Shown: positions 10,910 through 20,053 of the stretch, in pieces
Position numbering within the stretch: the first letter of the stretch is position 1
Layout of the letters: each line of letters starts with the position of its first letter
Source of the DNA: an uncultured Nitrososphaerota archaeon
GTDB taxonomy: Archaea > Thermoproteota > Nitrososphaeria > Conexivisphaerales > DTJL01
Assembly (NCBI GenBank): GCA_963842885.1
Contig: CAWJIE010000002.1
Location: forward strand, 160,001-224,000
DNA length: 64,000 bases
Reading direction: 5' to 3'
Notes under the pieces: generated by a model
Database searches by the model: none
The model's input: the letters and a program-made list of their open reading frames with translations, nothing else
What the model was told of the DNA's origin: nothing
Program-made: the position numbers and the translations under genes

Positions 10910-12970
10910 CTATGTCAACACCCTGTACGGGACCTGGAAGTTGGTGGGCTGGCCTGCCCCCCAATAAATCGTGTAGCTGGGTGGAAGGCCGACGCCCGAA
11001 GGAGCTGTCAGGACGACGACGAGATAGCCGTTCGCCGGGATGCTCGCTGGGCCTCCGCTAAAGGACGTCGAAAGCTGGAATTCGGACGAGGTGATGGTCC
11101 CCGTCGAGAGGCCGTTGGCCACCACCCCCTGGACCACGCCCGAGGCGTCGGTGACGTAGACGGAGAAGCTCATTCCCCCCGACAGGGGGACGGCCGGGGA
11201 GTAGCTGCAGTAGATGCTCCCTTCGTAGCCCTCGCTGTGGCCGGGGGCCCAAGGGCTGGGGAGGGAGATGGGCAGGGCGAGGAAGTCATAGTACTCCGTC
11301 CCTCCTGACGTCGACACGGCCATGCCGGGGTTGTCGGCGGCGTCACAGGTCACCGTGAGGAGGTAGTCGGTGCCGTTGACGAGGGAGGGACGGGTGCCGA
11401 AGTTGAAGGAGTACCAGGCCCAGGAGGAGGTCACGTTGAGCTCCCTGGTCTGGGTCGCGGCCACCAGCTGGTAAGGGCTTGAGGTGGTGTCGTAGAGGGC
11501 GCAGGTGTAGTTCACGTTCAGCGAGCCCGACGCGGACGACAGGGCCACGGTGATGGACCTGGCGGCCTGCCCATTGCCGCCCGAGAAGGTGAACCTGAAG
11601 CCGCGGACGTAGACGTTCATCGAGGCGCCCCGGACGGCGCCGAAAGTGGAGGTCGGCATTACGTTGTTGGGGACGAAGGACCTGACCCTGAACCAGTAAA
11701 CGGTCATGGTGTCGGTCGGGTTCCAGCCAGTCATCCACATACCGGGGTAGTTGGCCGCCAGGGGGACCGTCCCTGTAACCGTCACCACGTTGGCGTAGTT
11801 CTGTGTGGAGGTCGCGACGGTGGAGTTCACGGCGAGGGATGTCACCTGGAGCACGGAGGAGGCGGGGCTGGGGGTGATGGAGGTGCTACCCCCCGGGATT
11901 ACGAGGCTGTAGAACCCGTCGGAGCCCTGAGGGGGGTATATCTGCTGGGCAGCGCCGCTCGTCACCGTGTAGGACACCGTGTCCGTCTGGATGTTGCAGT
12001 AGGACAGGCCTATCCATGCGCCGTTGCTTCCCATCTGGTAGGCGTCTAGCGCCAGCGGGCCCGCGTAAGGGTTCACCAGTGTGAAAGCGTAGCCCGCCAC
12101 TGAGTAGGGGTTCACCGTGAGCCCGTTGTTCACAGAGTAGTACCCCACGGCGCCGGTGGTGTACCACGCGCGGCTCAGGGTGGTGCCCGCGAAGTTGTCG
12201 TAGAAGGAGAAGGTGAGGTTGCCATTGTCGTACTGGCCGTACGAGGGAGACAGGGTGGGGGCCTCCCCCAAGTAGCCGGCGGCGTTGAAGTTGTTCGTAG
12301 ATAGAGGGTAGAAGCCCATGTAGGCGGTGGAGCACCCCCCTGCCGGTATGGAGGAGCTCAGCTCCACCCAGACGACGGAGGAGGTGGAGGCGCTGCTGTT
12401 GCCGCTCTCAAGCCAGGAATACAAAGGGCTCCAGCTCGCATCGAAAAAGCCGACGTTCTGGAGGTTCGCCGCCAGGTAGGAGGAGTAGCCGGACCAGTTG
12501 ACCGTCAGCATGACCTGAGTTCCGGCCGCGACGGGCGAAGTCTGAGAGTTGACCAGGGTCACGGGAACGTACGCCACCACTCCCGCAGGCGGGGAGGGCG
12601 CCCTGCCGAGGGCCTCGGAGGACGATTCGATGGAGGCGTCACCGAAGGTCCCCCCGCCGCTCGAAGCCGACGCCCAGAGGTCCAGCACCCAATTTCCGGC
12701 GCTGACTGAAGTCGCACTGGTGAACTGGGGAGACCACAGGTAGGCGGTGGCCCCATTGCTCACCGCGTAGGAGCCGCTGCTGCCGGAGGGGGTCAGGGCG
12801 GTGTTCGTGTTCGGCGTCGAGCCTGAAGGGCCCGAGGCGGTCTCGAAGTACACGTTCGTCAATGAGCCATATTTCGTCTGGAGGGTAACCGTAGTCACGC
12901 TGACCGACGCCGCGAAGGAGGCTACGGAGAGGGTGGAGATTAGGAGGATGGAAAGGAGGAACCTCTTCAG
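10910..12970 (-). CDS. Large secreted pilin/adhesin-like protein with DUF2341-like lectin insert (probable minor/tip subunit)
   Basis: Signal peptide KRFLLSILLISTLSVASFA is nearly identical to that of the upstream small protein. DUF2341-like segment YVPVTLVNSQ...LYSWLES...YGQYDNG...FYDNF. Exact start codon uncertain. Confidence 0.7.
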   Translation of the reverse strand: MKRFLLSILLISTLSVASFAASVSVTTVTLQTKYGSLTNVYFETASGPSGSTPNTNTALTPSGSSGSYAVSNGATAYLWSPQFTSATSVSAGNWVLDLWASASSGGGTFGDASIESSSEALGRAPSPPAGVVAYVPVTLVNSQTSPVAAGTQVMLTVNWSGYSSYLAANLQNVGFFDASWSPLYSWLESGNSSASTSSVVWVELSSSIPAGGCSTAYMGFYPLSTNNFNAAGYLGEAPTLSPSYGQYDNGNLTFSFYDNFAGTTLSRAWYTTGAVGYYSVNNGLTVNPYSVAGYAFTLVNPYAGPLALDAYQMGSNGAWIGLSYCNIQTDTVSYTVTSGAAQQIYPPQGSDGFYSLVIPGGSTSITPSPASSVLQVTSLAVNSTVATSTQNYANVVTVTGTVPLAANYPGMWMTGWNPTDTMTVYWFRVRSFVPNNVMPTSTFGAVRGASMNVYVRGFRFTFSGGNGQAARSITVALSSASGSLNVNYTCALYDTTSSPYQLVAATQTRELNVTSSWAWYSFNFGTRPSLVNGTDYLLTVTCDAADNPGMAVSTSGGTEYYDFLALPISLPSPWAPGHSEGYEGSIYCSYSPAVPLSGGMSFSVYVTDASGVVQGVVANGLSTGTITSSEFQLSTSFSGGPASIPANGYLVVVLTAPSGVGLPPSYTIYWGAGQPTNFQVPYRVLT

Positions 12971-13021
12971 GCCTTCCTGCCCCCAAAAGAGGAAACGCCG
13001 ACTGTGAAGCCGCAAACAATC

Positions 13022-13057
13022 AGAAAAACCGGGGAGGTATGCGGGCCCTCGCCCGCA
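13022..13057 (-). terminator. Hairpin plus U-tract after the small pilin-like gene (terminator/attenuator)
   Basis: Minus strand: TGCGGGC-GAGG-GCCCGCA (7-bp stem, 13040-13057) followed by TTTTTCT (13028-13022). Confidence 0.55.
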
Positions 13058-13069
13058 CACGCGTTCATC

Positions 13070-13543
13070 CTACGTCACCGAGATGACGATCCCTGTTGGT
13101 GCTGTAAAGGAGCTGGCTTGCATGTCGAACAGGAAGGTCATCGAGCCTGCGATCGTGCTGCTGTTGGTGAAAGTGATCGTAGCGAGTGCAGTATAGGTCG
13201 TGCCAGCGCTCCAGCTGACCGTGATCACGTGGCTGCTTCCGAACAGCCCTGCGGCGGGGGCCAGGGAGACGCTGAAGAACCAGTCGCCGGCAGTCAGTGC
13301 CGTCTGAGCCGTGGTTCCAGTCGCCCATGTCGGGGACGCTGTCGCTGCGCCGGAGTTGGTGACGACGAAGAACCCGTTGCTTGTGGCAGTGAAGCCTCCG
13401 TATACCACGTAGTAGACGCCACTCTGCGATTGAAGCGTGGACGTGGTCACTCCGACTGTTGCGGCAAACGAGGCCACCGAGAACATGGAGATGAGTAGTA
13501 GTGGCAGTAGGACCTTGATTGATAGCTTGCTTTTGATAGACAT
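13070..13543 (-). CDS. Small secreted beta-rich protein, probable major filament subunit (TasA/AbpA-like)
   Basis: Signal peptide ...LLLISMFSVASFA followed by about 130 aa of Thr/Ser/Gly-rich beta strands. First gene of the SipW-type operon. Confidence 0.7.
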   Translation of the reverse strand: MSIKSKLSIKVLLPLLLISMFSVASFAATVGVTTSTLQSQSGVYYVVYGGFTATSNGFFVVTNSGAATASPTWATGTTAQTALTAGDWFFSVSLAPAAGLFGSSHVITVSWSAGTTYTALATITFTNSSTIAGSMTFLFDMQASSFTAPTGIVISVT

Positions 13544-13855
13544 GCTAGTGAATAGAGTGCATTCCCTCTTTCGCTATATGAGCGGGGGTCTTTTTCTTGC
13601 AACTTTCATGTGAATTTCTTTTATGTCGGTAGTTGGATGGGCGAAAAGCTTGAGTTTCTCCCCTTTTGGCAAGATATAAATGCCATTATACATAGAAAGG
13701 CGACGCTTTCGGCCCCTGAAGCGACTCCCTCCTGCAGGAGGCCCCTCCGCCATGTCCGTATCCTGTCGTCGGCCAGCCGACCGTGAACCCCTGTGAAGTT
13801 TCAGTTGACTGACAAAGTATAAACAGCTGAACCGAGGCGTCCCGGTTAACCGCTA

Positions 13856-14569
13856 ATGCTATCCAGCCCCATCTGCACCGAATGCGGGTGCCAGGAGGAA
13901 TCATGCGAGAGCTGCCAGAAGCCCAGCGAGTGCGTCAACTGCGTCTCCTGCTGCTGTTCTCAGGGTCACATGGCCTGGAGGCGGGACAGGATCCATCAGG
14001 GGGTCATGCTCGAATACTATAGCCTCGGATGGATGTCCATCGAGGTCATCGGCTCGATCGGGATTGGACTGCTGTCGAGCAGCTTCGCCCTCATCGCCTT
14101 CGGGAGCGACAGCCTGGTTGAAATCGCCTCCGCGTTCGCTGTGATGCTCCATCTAAGGGGCGACGCATCCGGGTCGAACGATTTCGGCGAGGGCACGGAA
14201 AGGCTCACGAAGTTCCTCCTCGTCGCCCTCCTCCCGATAATCGGAGGAGGTGCACTCTACTCCTACTTCACTGGGGTTGAGCCCGAGTCCTCCCTCTTGG
14301 GCATCGCCGTCTCCCTTGGAGCCGCCATCATCATGCCAGTGCTTTGGATTCAGAAGAGGAGGATAGGGAGGGAGACGAACTGCGCGCCCCTCTCGGTGGA
14401 CGCCGTTCAATCGGCCACCTGTTTCCTGATGTCTCTCGCTTTGCTCGGAGGTCTGCTCATCAACTATCTCTTCGGCATACACTGGGTGGATTACGCTGCC
14501 ACGGCTGTGATCCTCGCCTTCGTATCCAAGGAAGCCGTAGAGGCGTTCAACGAGCGGAACCCTTCTTGA
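13856..14569 (+). CDS. Cation-efflux (CDF-like) membrane transporter with Cys-rich N-terminus
   Basis: SFALIAFGSDSLVE, DAVQSATC, HWVD motifs and 6 TMs. Ten Cys in the first ~36 aa. Confidence 0.75.
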   Translation: MLSSPICTECGCQEESCESCQKPSECVNCVSCCCSQGHMAWRRDRIHQGVMLEYYSLGWMSIEVIGSIGIGLLSSSFALIAFGSDSLVEIASAFAVMLHLRGDASGSNDFGEGTERLTKFLLVALLPIIGGGALYSYFTGVEPESSLLGIAVSLGAAIIMPVLWIQKRRIGRETNCAPLSVDAVQSATCFLMSLALLGGLLINYLFGIHWVDYAATAVILAFVSKEAVEAFNERNPS

Positions 14570-14759
14570 GCTGCTGTTGCGCGCCTTGCTTCCCATGCCC
14601 AAAGAACTTCTCAAAACTCCTCGCCGAAGCCCCTTGCTCGTAGCGGTTCAGGATGATTTGAATGCCCTGTGGCCCGATGTCTTTCACCTGTTCCTTTCCT
14701 TGACCCTCCGACACCTGCGCCTTCGCCTGCCCTTGGTCTGACGGTTGGCTGACAGTCAT
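14547..14759 (-). CDS. Small hypothetical protein (MTVSQPSDQG...)
   Basis: ATG at 14759 within ORF 14547..14927. Motif shared with 8032..8517. Confidence 0.4.
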   Translation of the reverse strand: MTVSQPSDQGQAKAQVSEGQGKEQVKDIGPQGIQIILNRYEQGASARSFEKFFGHGKQGAQQQLKKGSAR

Positions 14760-14868
14760 CGGGAAAGGGCCCCACCTGGTCGCTGTCCTAGTGTAAGACG
14801 TTCCGTCGAAGATACGTTCCGTCAACGTGGAGATACTCTTAATACATCTCATGGGCACCTCACTTTCA

Positions 14869-15342
14869 ATGCCGATGAGCGAAGAGGAGCTGGAGTTCCA
14901 CAAGAAGGAAGCCCGCCACTGCTTCAACCACGCCTGGGATTACCTGGACAAGGGAGATCGCAGCCCCCAGGACGATGTCGAGATGCTACATCTTGCGCAC
15001 GCGTCGCGCTACCACTGGGGACTGGTGGGCGGCGTCAGGGAGGCCGCAATCGGAGAGTGGCAGATCTCGAGGATATACGCCGCCATCGGCCAGCCGTCCC
15101 TGTCCCTCCGATTCGCCGCCCAAGCCCTTGGCATATGTGAGTTGAACGACCTCACGGACCTCCTCCACGTCGCCTTTGAAGGGATGGCCAGGGCCTCCAT
15201 AGCCATGGGGGACCAGGAGACAGCCAGGACCTTCCTTCTGAAGGCGCGCGCCAACCTGGAGACCCTCCACTTGGACGCCGACGACAGGAAGGCCTACCTC
15301 CAGCAGATAGAGGACACCGAAGGCCTGCTCAGGGCGAAATGA
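14869..15342 (+). CDS. Conserved hypothetical helical (TPR-like) protein
   Basis: HKKEARHCFNHAWDYL...MLHLAHASRYHW...EWQISRIYA. Typical coding composition. Confidence 0.7.
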   Translation: MPMSEEELEFHKKEARHCFNHAWDYLDKGDRSPQDDVEMLHLAHASRYHWGLVGGVREAAIGEWQISRIYAAIGQPSLSLRFAAQALGICELNDLTDLLHVAFEGMARASIAMGDQETARTFLLKARANLETLHLDADDRKAYLQQIEDTEGLLRAK

Positions 15343-15570
15343 CCAGCTGGCTTCACCGGGCCCGCCGGAACCTCGCGTTCCTGAAGAGCCCGACGAAGTG
15401 AAGCCTGAACGAAAGCAAGGCCACCCAGCGGTTATGGCATCTTTGAATATCTATTGCTGCTGGAGAGCGGAGCGGCATCACGTCCCAACAACCCCTCCAT
15501 GAGGAAGTGACTGCTGGAGTCATCGGGTGTCACGGCTTCGTCGCCAGCAGGCAGGACCTGCCGAACTGGT

Positions 15571-16167
15571 CTAGCTTGTGGTCTTCCCTTCCGCAGCCCT
15601 GCTCACTATGCGGAAGATGGTGCTCAACATGAGGATCGCCTGCTCAGTGGGCGGCTCCAGGCTGACGATCTGGAAGTACCTCTCCTTCCCTGAAGGTTCC
15701 GCCTGGGGCACCATCACGACGTCTCCTGGCGAGACGGGGACGCCGTTGAGGGCCAATTCGATGTACCGGGCGTCAACTGAAGGCGTCTCAGCCAACGACA
15801 TGACCTCTACATAGTTGGCCGGAAGGGCCTTCACCCTCCGCAGGCTGACGGTTTCGCCCACAGACACCCTCGCGTTCTCCCTCGTCACGCGGTCCATCTT
15901 CGTTACGCCTCTGTCCACCGGCTGACGAGAGCCGTCGGCCACGACCTCGCCGGCGTCCGTCCGTTCGTCGCCCAGCGGAAGGCACATGGCGACCGTCCTC
16001 CTCCTCCCAAGGACCTCGAGAACGTCCCCCGCCGATGCGCCCAGGGCCTCCATGGTCTCTGCGTCCACCCTGACCACTCCTCGCCCTGCGTCCCTGTCCC
16101 ACGCCTCAAGGACCTTCAAGCTGATGCTTTTAATCACCAAGGTCAGAGAGACACCTCCGCCCTTCAT
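15571..16167 (-). CDS. Stand-alone Cdc48/VAT N-domain protein (double-psi barrel plus Cdc48_2), no AAA domain
   Basis: LKVLEA..RDAGRGVVRVD..TME.LG...GDV.EV.G and MD..TRENA.VS.GE.V, then stop with no Walker A. Confidence 0.85.
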   Translation of the reverse strand: MKGGGVSLTLVIKSISLKVLEAWDRDAGRGVVRVDAETMEALGASAGDVLEVLGRRRTVAMCLPLGDERTDAGEVVADGSRQPVDRGVTKMDRVTRENARVSVGETVSLRRVKALPANYVEVMSLAETPSVDARYIELALNGVPVSPGDVVMVPQAEPSGKERYFQIVSLEPPTEQAILMLSTIFRIVSRAAEGKTTS

Positions 16168-16284
16168 GCAATCCTAGTGCGTCGGGCACTCTTAAACAAT
16201 CATCCTAAGTCGTACGATTGGTCACCCAGTCCGCATGGGAAGACGACGGCAAGGGTGAACCAGGAGGGTTTGAGACTCTGAGAG

Positions 16285-16632
16285 CTACTTCATCAGCTCC
16301 GCCATGGCGACGTGGAGCTGCCGGGGGGCCGCCATGGATAGGGCCGTCCTCAGCCTCTCCGCCGCCTGCAGCTGCCTTTCGATCCTCTTCCTCTGGTTCC
16401 TCTCGTGGACAAGGCGGTCGACATCCTCCCCCATCATCGTCTTCAGGAGGGAGGCGAATCCGGGGGACATCTGGCCCAGCCTTATCCTTTCAATTTCCGC
16501 GTCGACTCCCCTGTTGCAGATGCCCCTGATGGAGGAGAGCATGGCCCCGTCGGCGGCGGCCGCCTCCTCCCTGACCTTCCCGAGCCTTTCGGCGAGGAGC
16601 AGAGCCTCCTCCGAGAGCCTACGCTGGCCCAC
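16285..16632 (-). CDS. Hypothetical coiled-coil protein
   Basis: Overlaps the end of the upstream coiled-coil gene. Helical, charged. Confidence 0.55.
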   Translation of the reverse strand: MGQRRLSEEALLLAERLGKVREEAAAADGAMLSSIRGICNRGVDAEIERIRLGQMSPGFASLLKTMMGEDVDRLVHERNQRKRIERQLQAAERLRTALSMAAPRQLHVAMAELMK

Positions 16633-18758
16633 CCTTCAGCTCATCCCTGAGGGCGTCCCTTAGCTTCCCAGCGGCCAGCTGCAGCTTGGGGAACTCGCCC
16701 TTCTCCGCGTACTGCTCCAGCTTGTCGGCGAAGCCCATTCCGAAGGCGAGAAGCTCCTGCTTCTGGGCCTCCCCGACTGCCATGAAGTGCAATATGGGCT
16801 TGAGGGCCTCGAGCCTCCCTATCTCCTCGCCGACGTCCTTCGCTCGCAGGTAGGTCTGCTCCACCTCTTGGGCGAAGGCGTCGAGCCTATCAGCCGTCGC
16901 CTTGAGGACGGTCCCGGCGCCCGTTGAGGCTTCGATGCGCATCTTCTTCATGGAGGACTCCACAGCCTCATCAATCGACCTTATCTCCTCGGCCGTCTTC
17001 ATGGCCATTCCCTCGGCGGCCTTCTGGAGCTCTTCGGTGTAGGACTGCACCGACGCCTTGGCCATGAGGGTAATCCCTTCGATGTCCTTCTCCAGCTGCG
17101 CCTTCATGGAACCGAGATGGGCGACGTTCTCGGTGAGGGTGCTCTGCTGGTGCTCCAGGGCAGCCACCTGCTTCTGGAGCTCCTCCATGTGCTGGGAGAG
17201 GCCTTGGTACCGTCTGAGCTCCTCCCCCACCAGGGCAGCCGAAAGGTTCGTCTCTTCGAGGATCTTTCCCCACTTCGCCATCTCCCGGGCGTCGACGCCC
17301 TTCTTCATGGCGCTGACGTAGCCGTCCACCGCCTCCATTTCGTTCTTGTACTCCTCCTCCAGCCCCGCCTTCTTCTTGGCCAGGGCCTCCGTCTCAGAGG
17401 TGAGGCGGCCCAGCTCCTCCTCCGCCACTTTGACCTCCTTCGCCTTCCCCTCCCTTAGGCCCTCGAAGCTGGCCATCTCCCTCAGGCTCGCCCACACGGT
17501 GTCGGCGCTGAGGTTGGCATCGTCGAGGAGGCGTGCCCAAGCCGCCATCATCGCGTCCGTCACTCCCTTGTCCTTCAGCCCAGCGTACGCCTCCAGCTGC
17601 CCGGCGACCTTGGCGCGCTCCTCCCCTATGGCCGCCAGCTTCGCGTTAGCGGCCTCCAGCGCTTGGGGGAGGGCCTTGATCTTGTGGTCGAACTCTTCCA
17701 GGAGGAGACCCTTCCTCTCCTCCAGCTCCTTGACCTCGGGGGCTAGGCCCAGGAGCATGTCGTAGTGCTTCAGGAGATCCTCTTGGAACTTCTGCATCGC
17801 CTCCGACGCGCTCAGGCCGTGGTTGGCCGATGTCTGGACGACGAGGTTCCTGATCTCCTGTATGCCGATATATGTCAGGCCCGTCTGCTCGTACCTCCAG
17901 AATCTCCTCCACAATCTTCTGCTTTGCCTGCGTCTCCCTTTCGAGCTCCTCCTTCTTCTTCCGCAGTCCGTCGACCTCCCCTTTCAGGGAGGCCTCCTCC
18001 CTGCCGAGGTCGCCCACTCGCGACTCGACGCCGTCGAGGGACTTCAGCACTGAGGAGACCTTGGCCGTGTCGAACCCCTCCTCCTTCAGGCCCGAGAGGA
18101 CCCTCGTCGCCTCGTCCAGGGAGGACAGCTCCATCCCGGCAGACGAGAGGGCCGTGCGCATCTTGACGAACTGCTCCAGGTCCTTCTTGGCGGTGTCGTG
18201 CTCTTCGAAGAGGTTCGCGAGCTCCTTCCTCTTCTCCTCGCACTGCTTGGAGAGCTTCTGCTGCTGCTCCTTGAGCACGGGGACCCTCGATACCATCATG
18301 CCGTACTCCTGCCTGATCAGGTCGAAGCCCTTCCCGTACTTCTGCTCTAAACGCTCTATCTCTGCGCAGTTCTCCGCGACCTTGGCTGCGGTGAGCTCCT
18401 TGTCCTTGGACCTCTGGAGGACGTCCCTGACGAAGTTGAGGGCGGCCTCCCCCTCCAGCCCAGCTTTCTTCAGAGCCAGCGCTACCCCTGCCCCGTCGGC
18501 CATTTCCGTGGGAGAGAGCTTCCTCTCCAGCATGGCTTCGGCAACTTGGTGCAGCTCGGCCACGGTCTCCGTCACGTCGAACTCCTCCGCCGCGGCCCAG
18601 ATCCCCTTCTTGTTCCAGAACTTCTCAAAACTTGCAATCTCCCCCTTGACGACCCGCGCCTTCTCCTTCGTCCTCTTGGCTACCCCGGGCTCGGTACAGC
18701 CTCCAAGGTAGGAGCCAATAATCTCCCTACGCCTCGCCGGAGAAATGGTCGCGGGCAC
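16619..18758 (-). CDS. N-terminal HTH plus long coiled-coil protein (~710 aa, frameshift near 17890)
   Basis: ORFs 17646..18758 and 16619..17914 join. HTH-like start, heptad-rich body, repeated KG(V)...M..W...L...NLSA units. Confidence 0.7.
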
Positions 18759-18978
18759 TGTGGGAGGTTATGTTGGACGAATATATACGCGTCACGTGTT
18801 ACGACTTTCCGTATTATTGAAGCACGACCGCTGAGCCTGCCAAACCCTTCTGCCGACGCAGTTGGAATCTACAATTCTTCGAGCCTGCCCCCCCAGCACC
18901 TCTGCTGCTGGAAAAGAGATCAATATCATAGGACTGCTTCAGGCGGTCGTCAGGGTCGCCACTGCAGTTCCCTTATAA

Positions 18979-19647
18979 GTGCACCAGGAACCCACCACGG
19001 TCGTGGACCCGCTCACCTACATCTTCCACCTCATCACCAACCTGAGCAACCTGGGCGGGCTAATCCAGGCCTACGGAACCTGGGTGTATGGAGCGTTGTT
19101 CCTCATCATCTTCTGTGAGACAGGGCTGGTGGTCTTCCCCTTTCTGCCCGGAGACTCCATCCTATTCATAGCGGGCACCTTTTCGGCCGGCGGCTCTTTC
19201 GACGTCTACATGCTGACCGCAATCCTGGCGGTCGCGGCCGTGGCTGGGGATTCGGTGAACTATGGGATAGGGCGTTATGTTGGTCCCAGGGCTTTCAGGG
19301 GGAACATCCGATATCTGAAGAAGGAGTATCTCGACCGCGCCCATTCCTTCTTCGAGAGATACGGAGGGAAGACCATCGCCATCGGGAGGTTCGTCCCCGT
19401 GATTCGCACCTTCGTCCCCTTCGTAGCGGGAATCGGGTCCATGCGATACCGGCGATTCTTCACCTTCAACGTCGTGGGCGGGGTCGCGTGGGTCCTCCTC
19501 TTCGTCCTGAGCGGATACTACTTCGGGAACATCGCCTTCGTGAAGGACAACTTAACGATGGTCGTCTACGCGATCATCGTCATCTCCCTGCTTCCAGCCG
19601 CCTACGAGTTCCTCCACCAACGTCGCTCCGAGAGATCAAGCGCTTGA
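18979..19647 (+). CDS. dedA: DedA family membrane protein
   Basis: IIFCETGLVVFPFLPGDS, GDSVNY.IG, FFERYGGKT, GRFVPVIRTF.PFVAG. Confidence 0.95.
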   Translation: MHQEPTTVVDPLTYIFHLITNLSNLGGLIQAYGTWVYGALFLIIFCETGLVVFPFLPGDSILFIAGTFSAGGSFDVYMLTAILAVAAVAGDSVNYGIGRYVGPRAFRGNIRYLKKEYLDRAHSFFERYGGKTIAIGRFVPVIRTFVPFVAGIGSMRYRRFFTFNVVGGVAWVLLFVLSGYYFGNIAFVKDNLTMVVYAIIVISLLPAAYEFLHQRRSERSSA

Positions 19648-20053
19648 CTCTGAGAAGGAGCACGGGTCCCTTGCCATGGGTGGGCGAAAAGGGACAGATA
19701 CTATGAAACACTATCTCCGTGATTTGACCGAAGAGAGACGCATCTCTGGGGCCTCGAATACTGTCAAGGGATTCTTCGGCGTTCCTATGGCCCATGACCC
19801 GTCCAGTCCAACCGGATGACTTCGGCAGAACTGCTCCGAGGATTCTCAGCGACGTTCTAATAACCGCTCCATCAGGACGAAGTCTATTCGACGCCTGTGC
19901 CCGCCCGTCTTGACGTTGTTCCTCTGGATTCGATCTTGCCTGTCCGCAGTCGAGAGCGGCTGGCCTCCCAGCGGCACCTCGTCATCGGTGGGCGCCGGGC
20001 TTGGAATAGTAAAAAGGAGAGTGTGATCAAGAACGTCAGAGAGAACGTCCGTC

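Noticed and set aside
15381-15415. CTGAAGA...CGAAA resembling a hammerhead ribozyme core
   Set aside because: Stem II cannot pair beyond one base pair and no convincing stems I/III were found.
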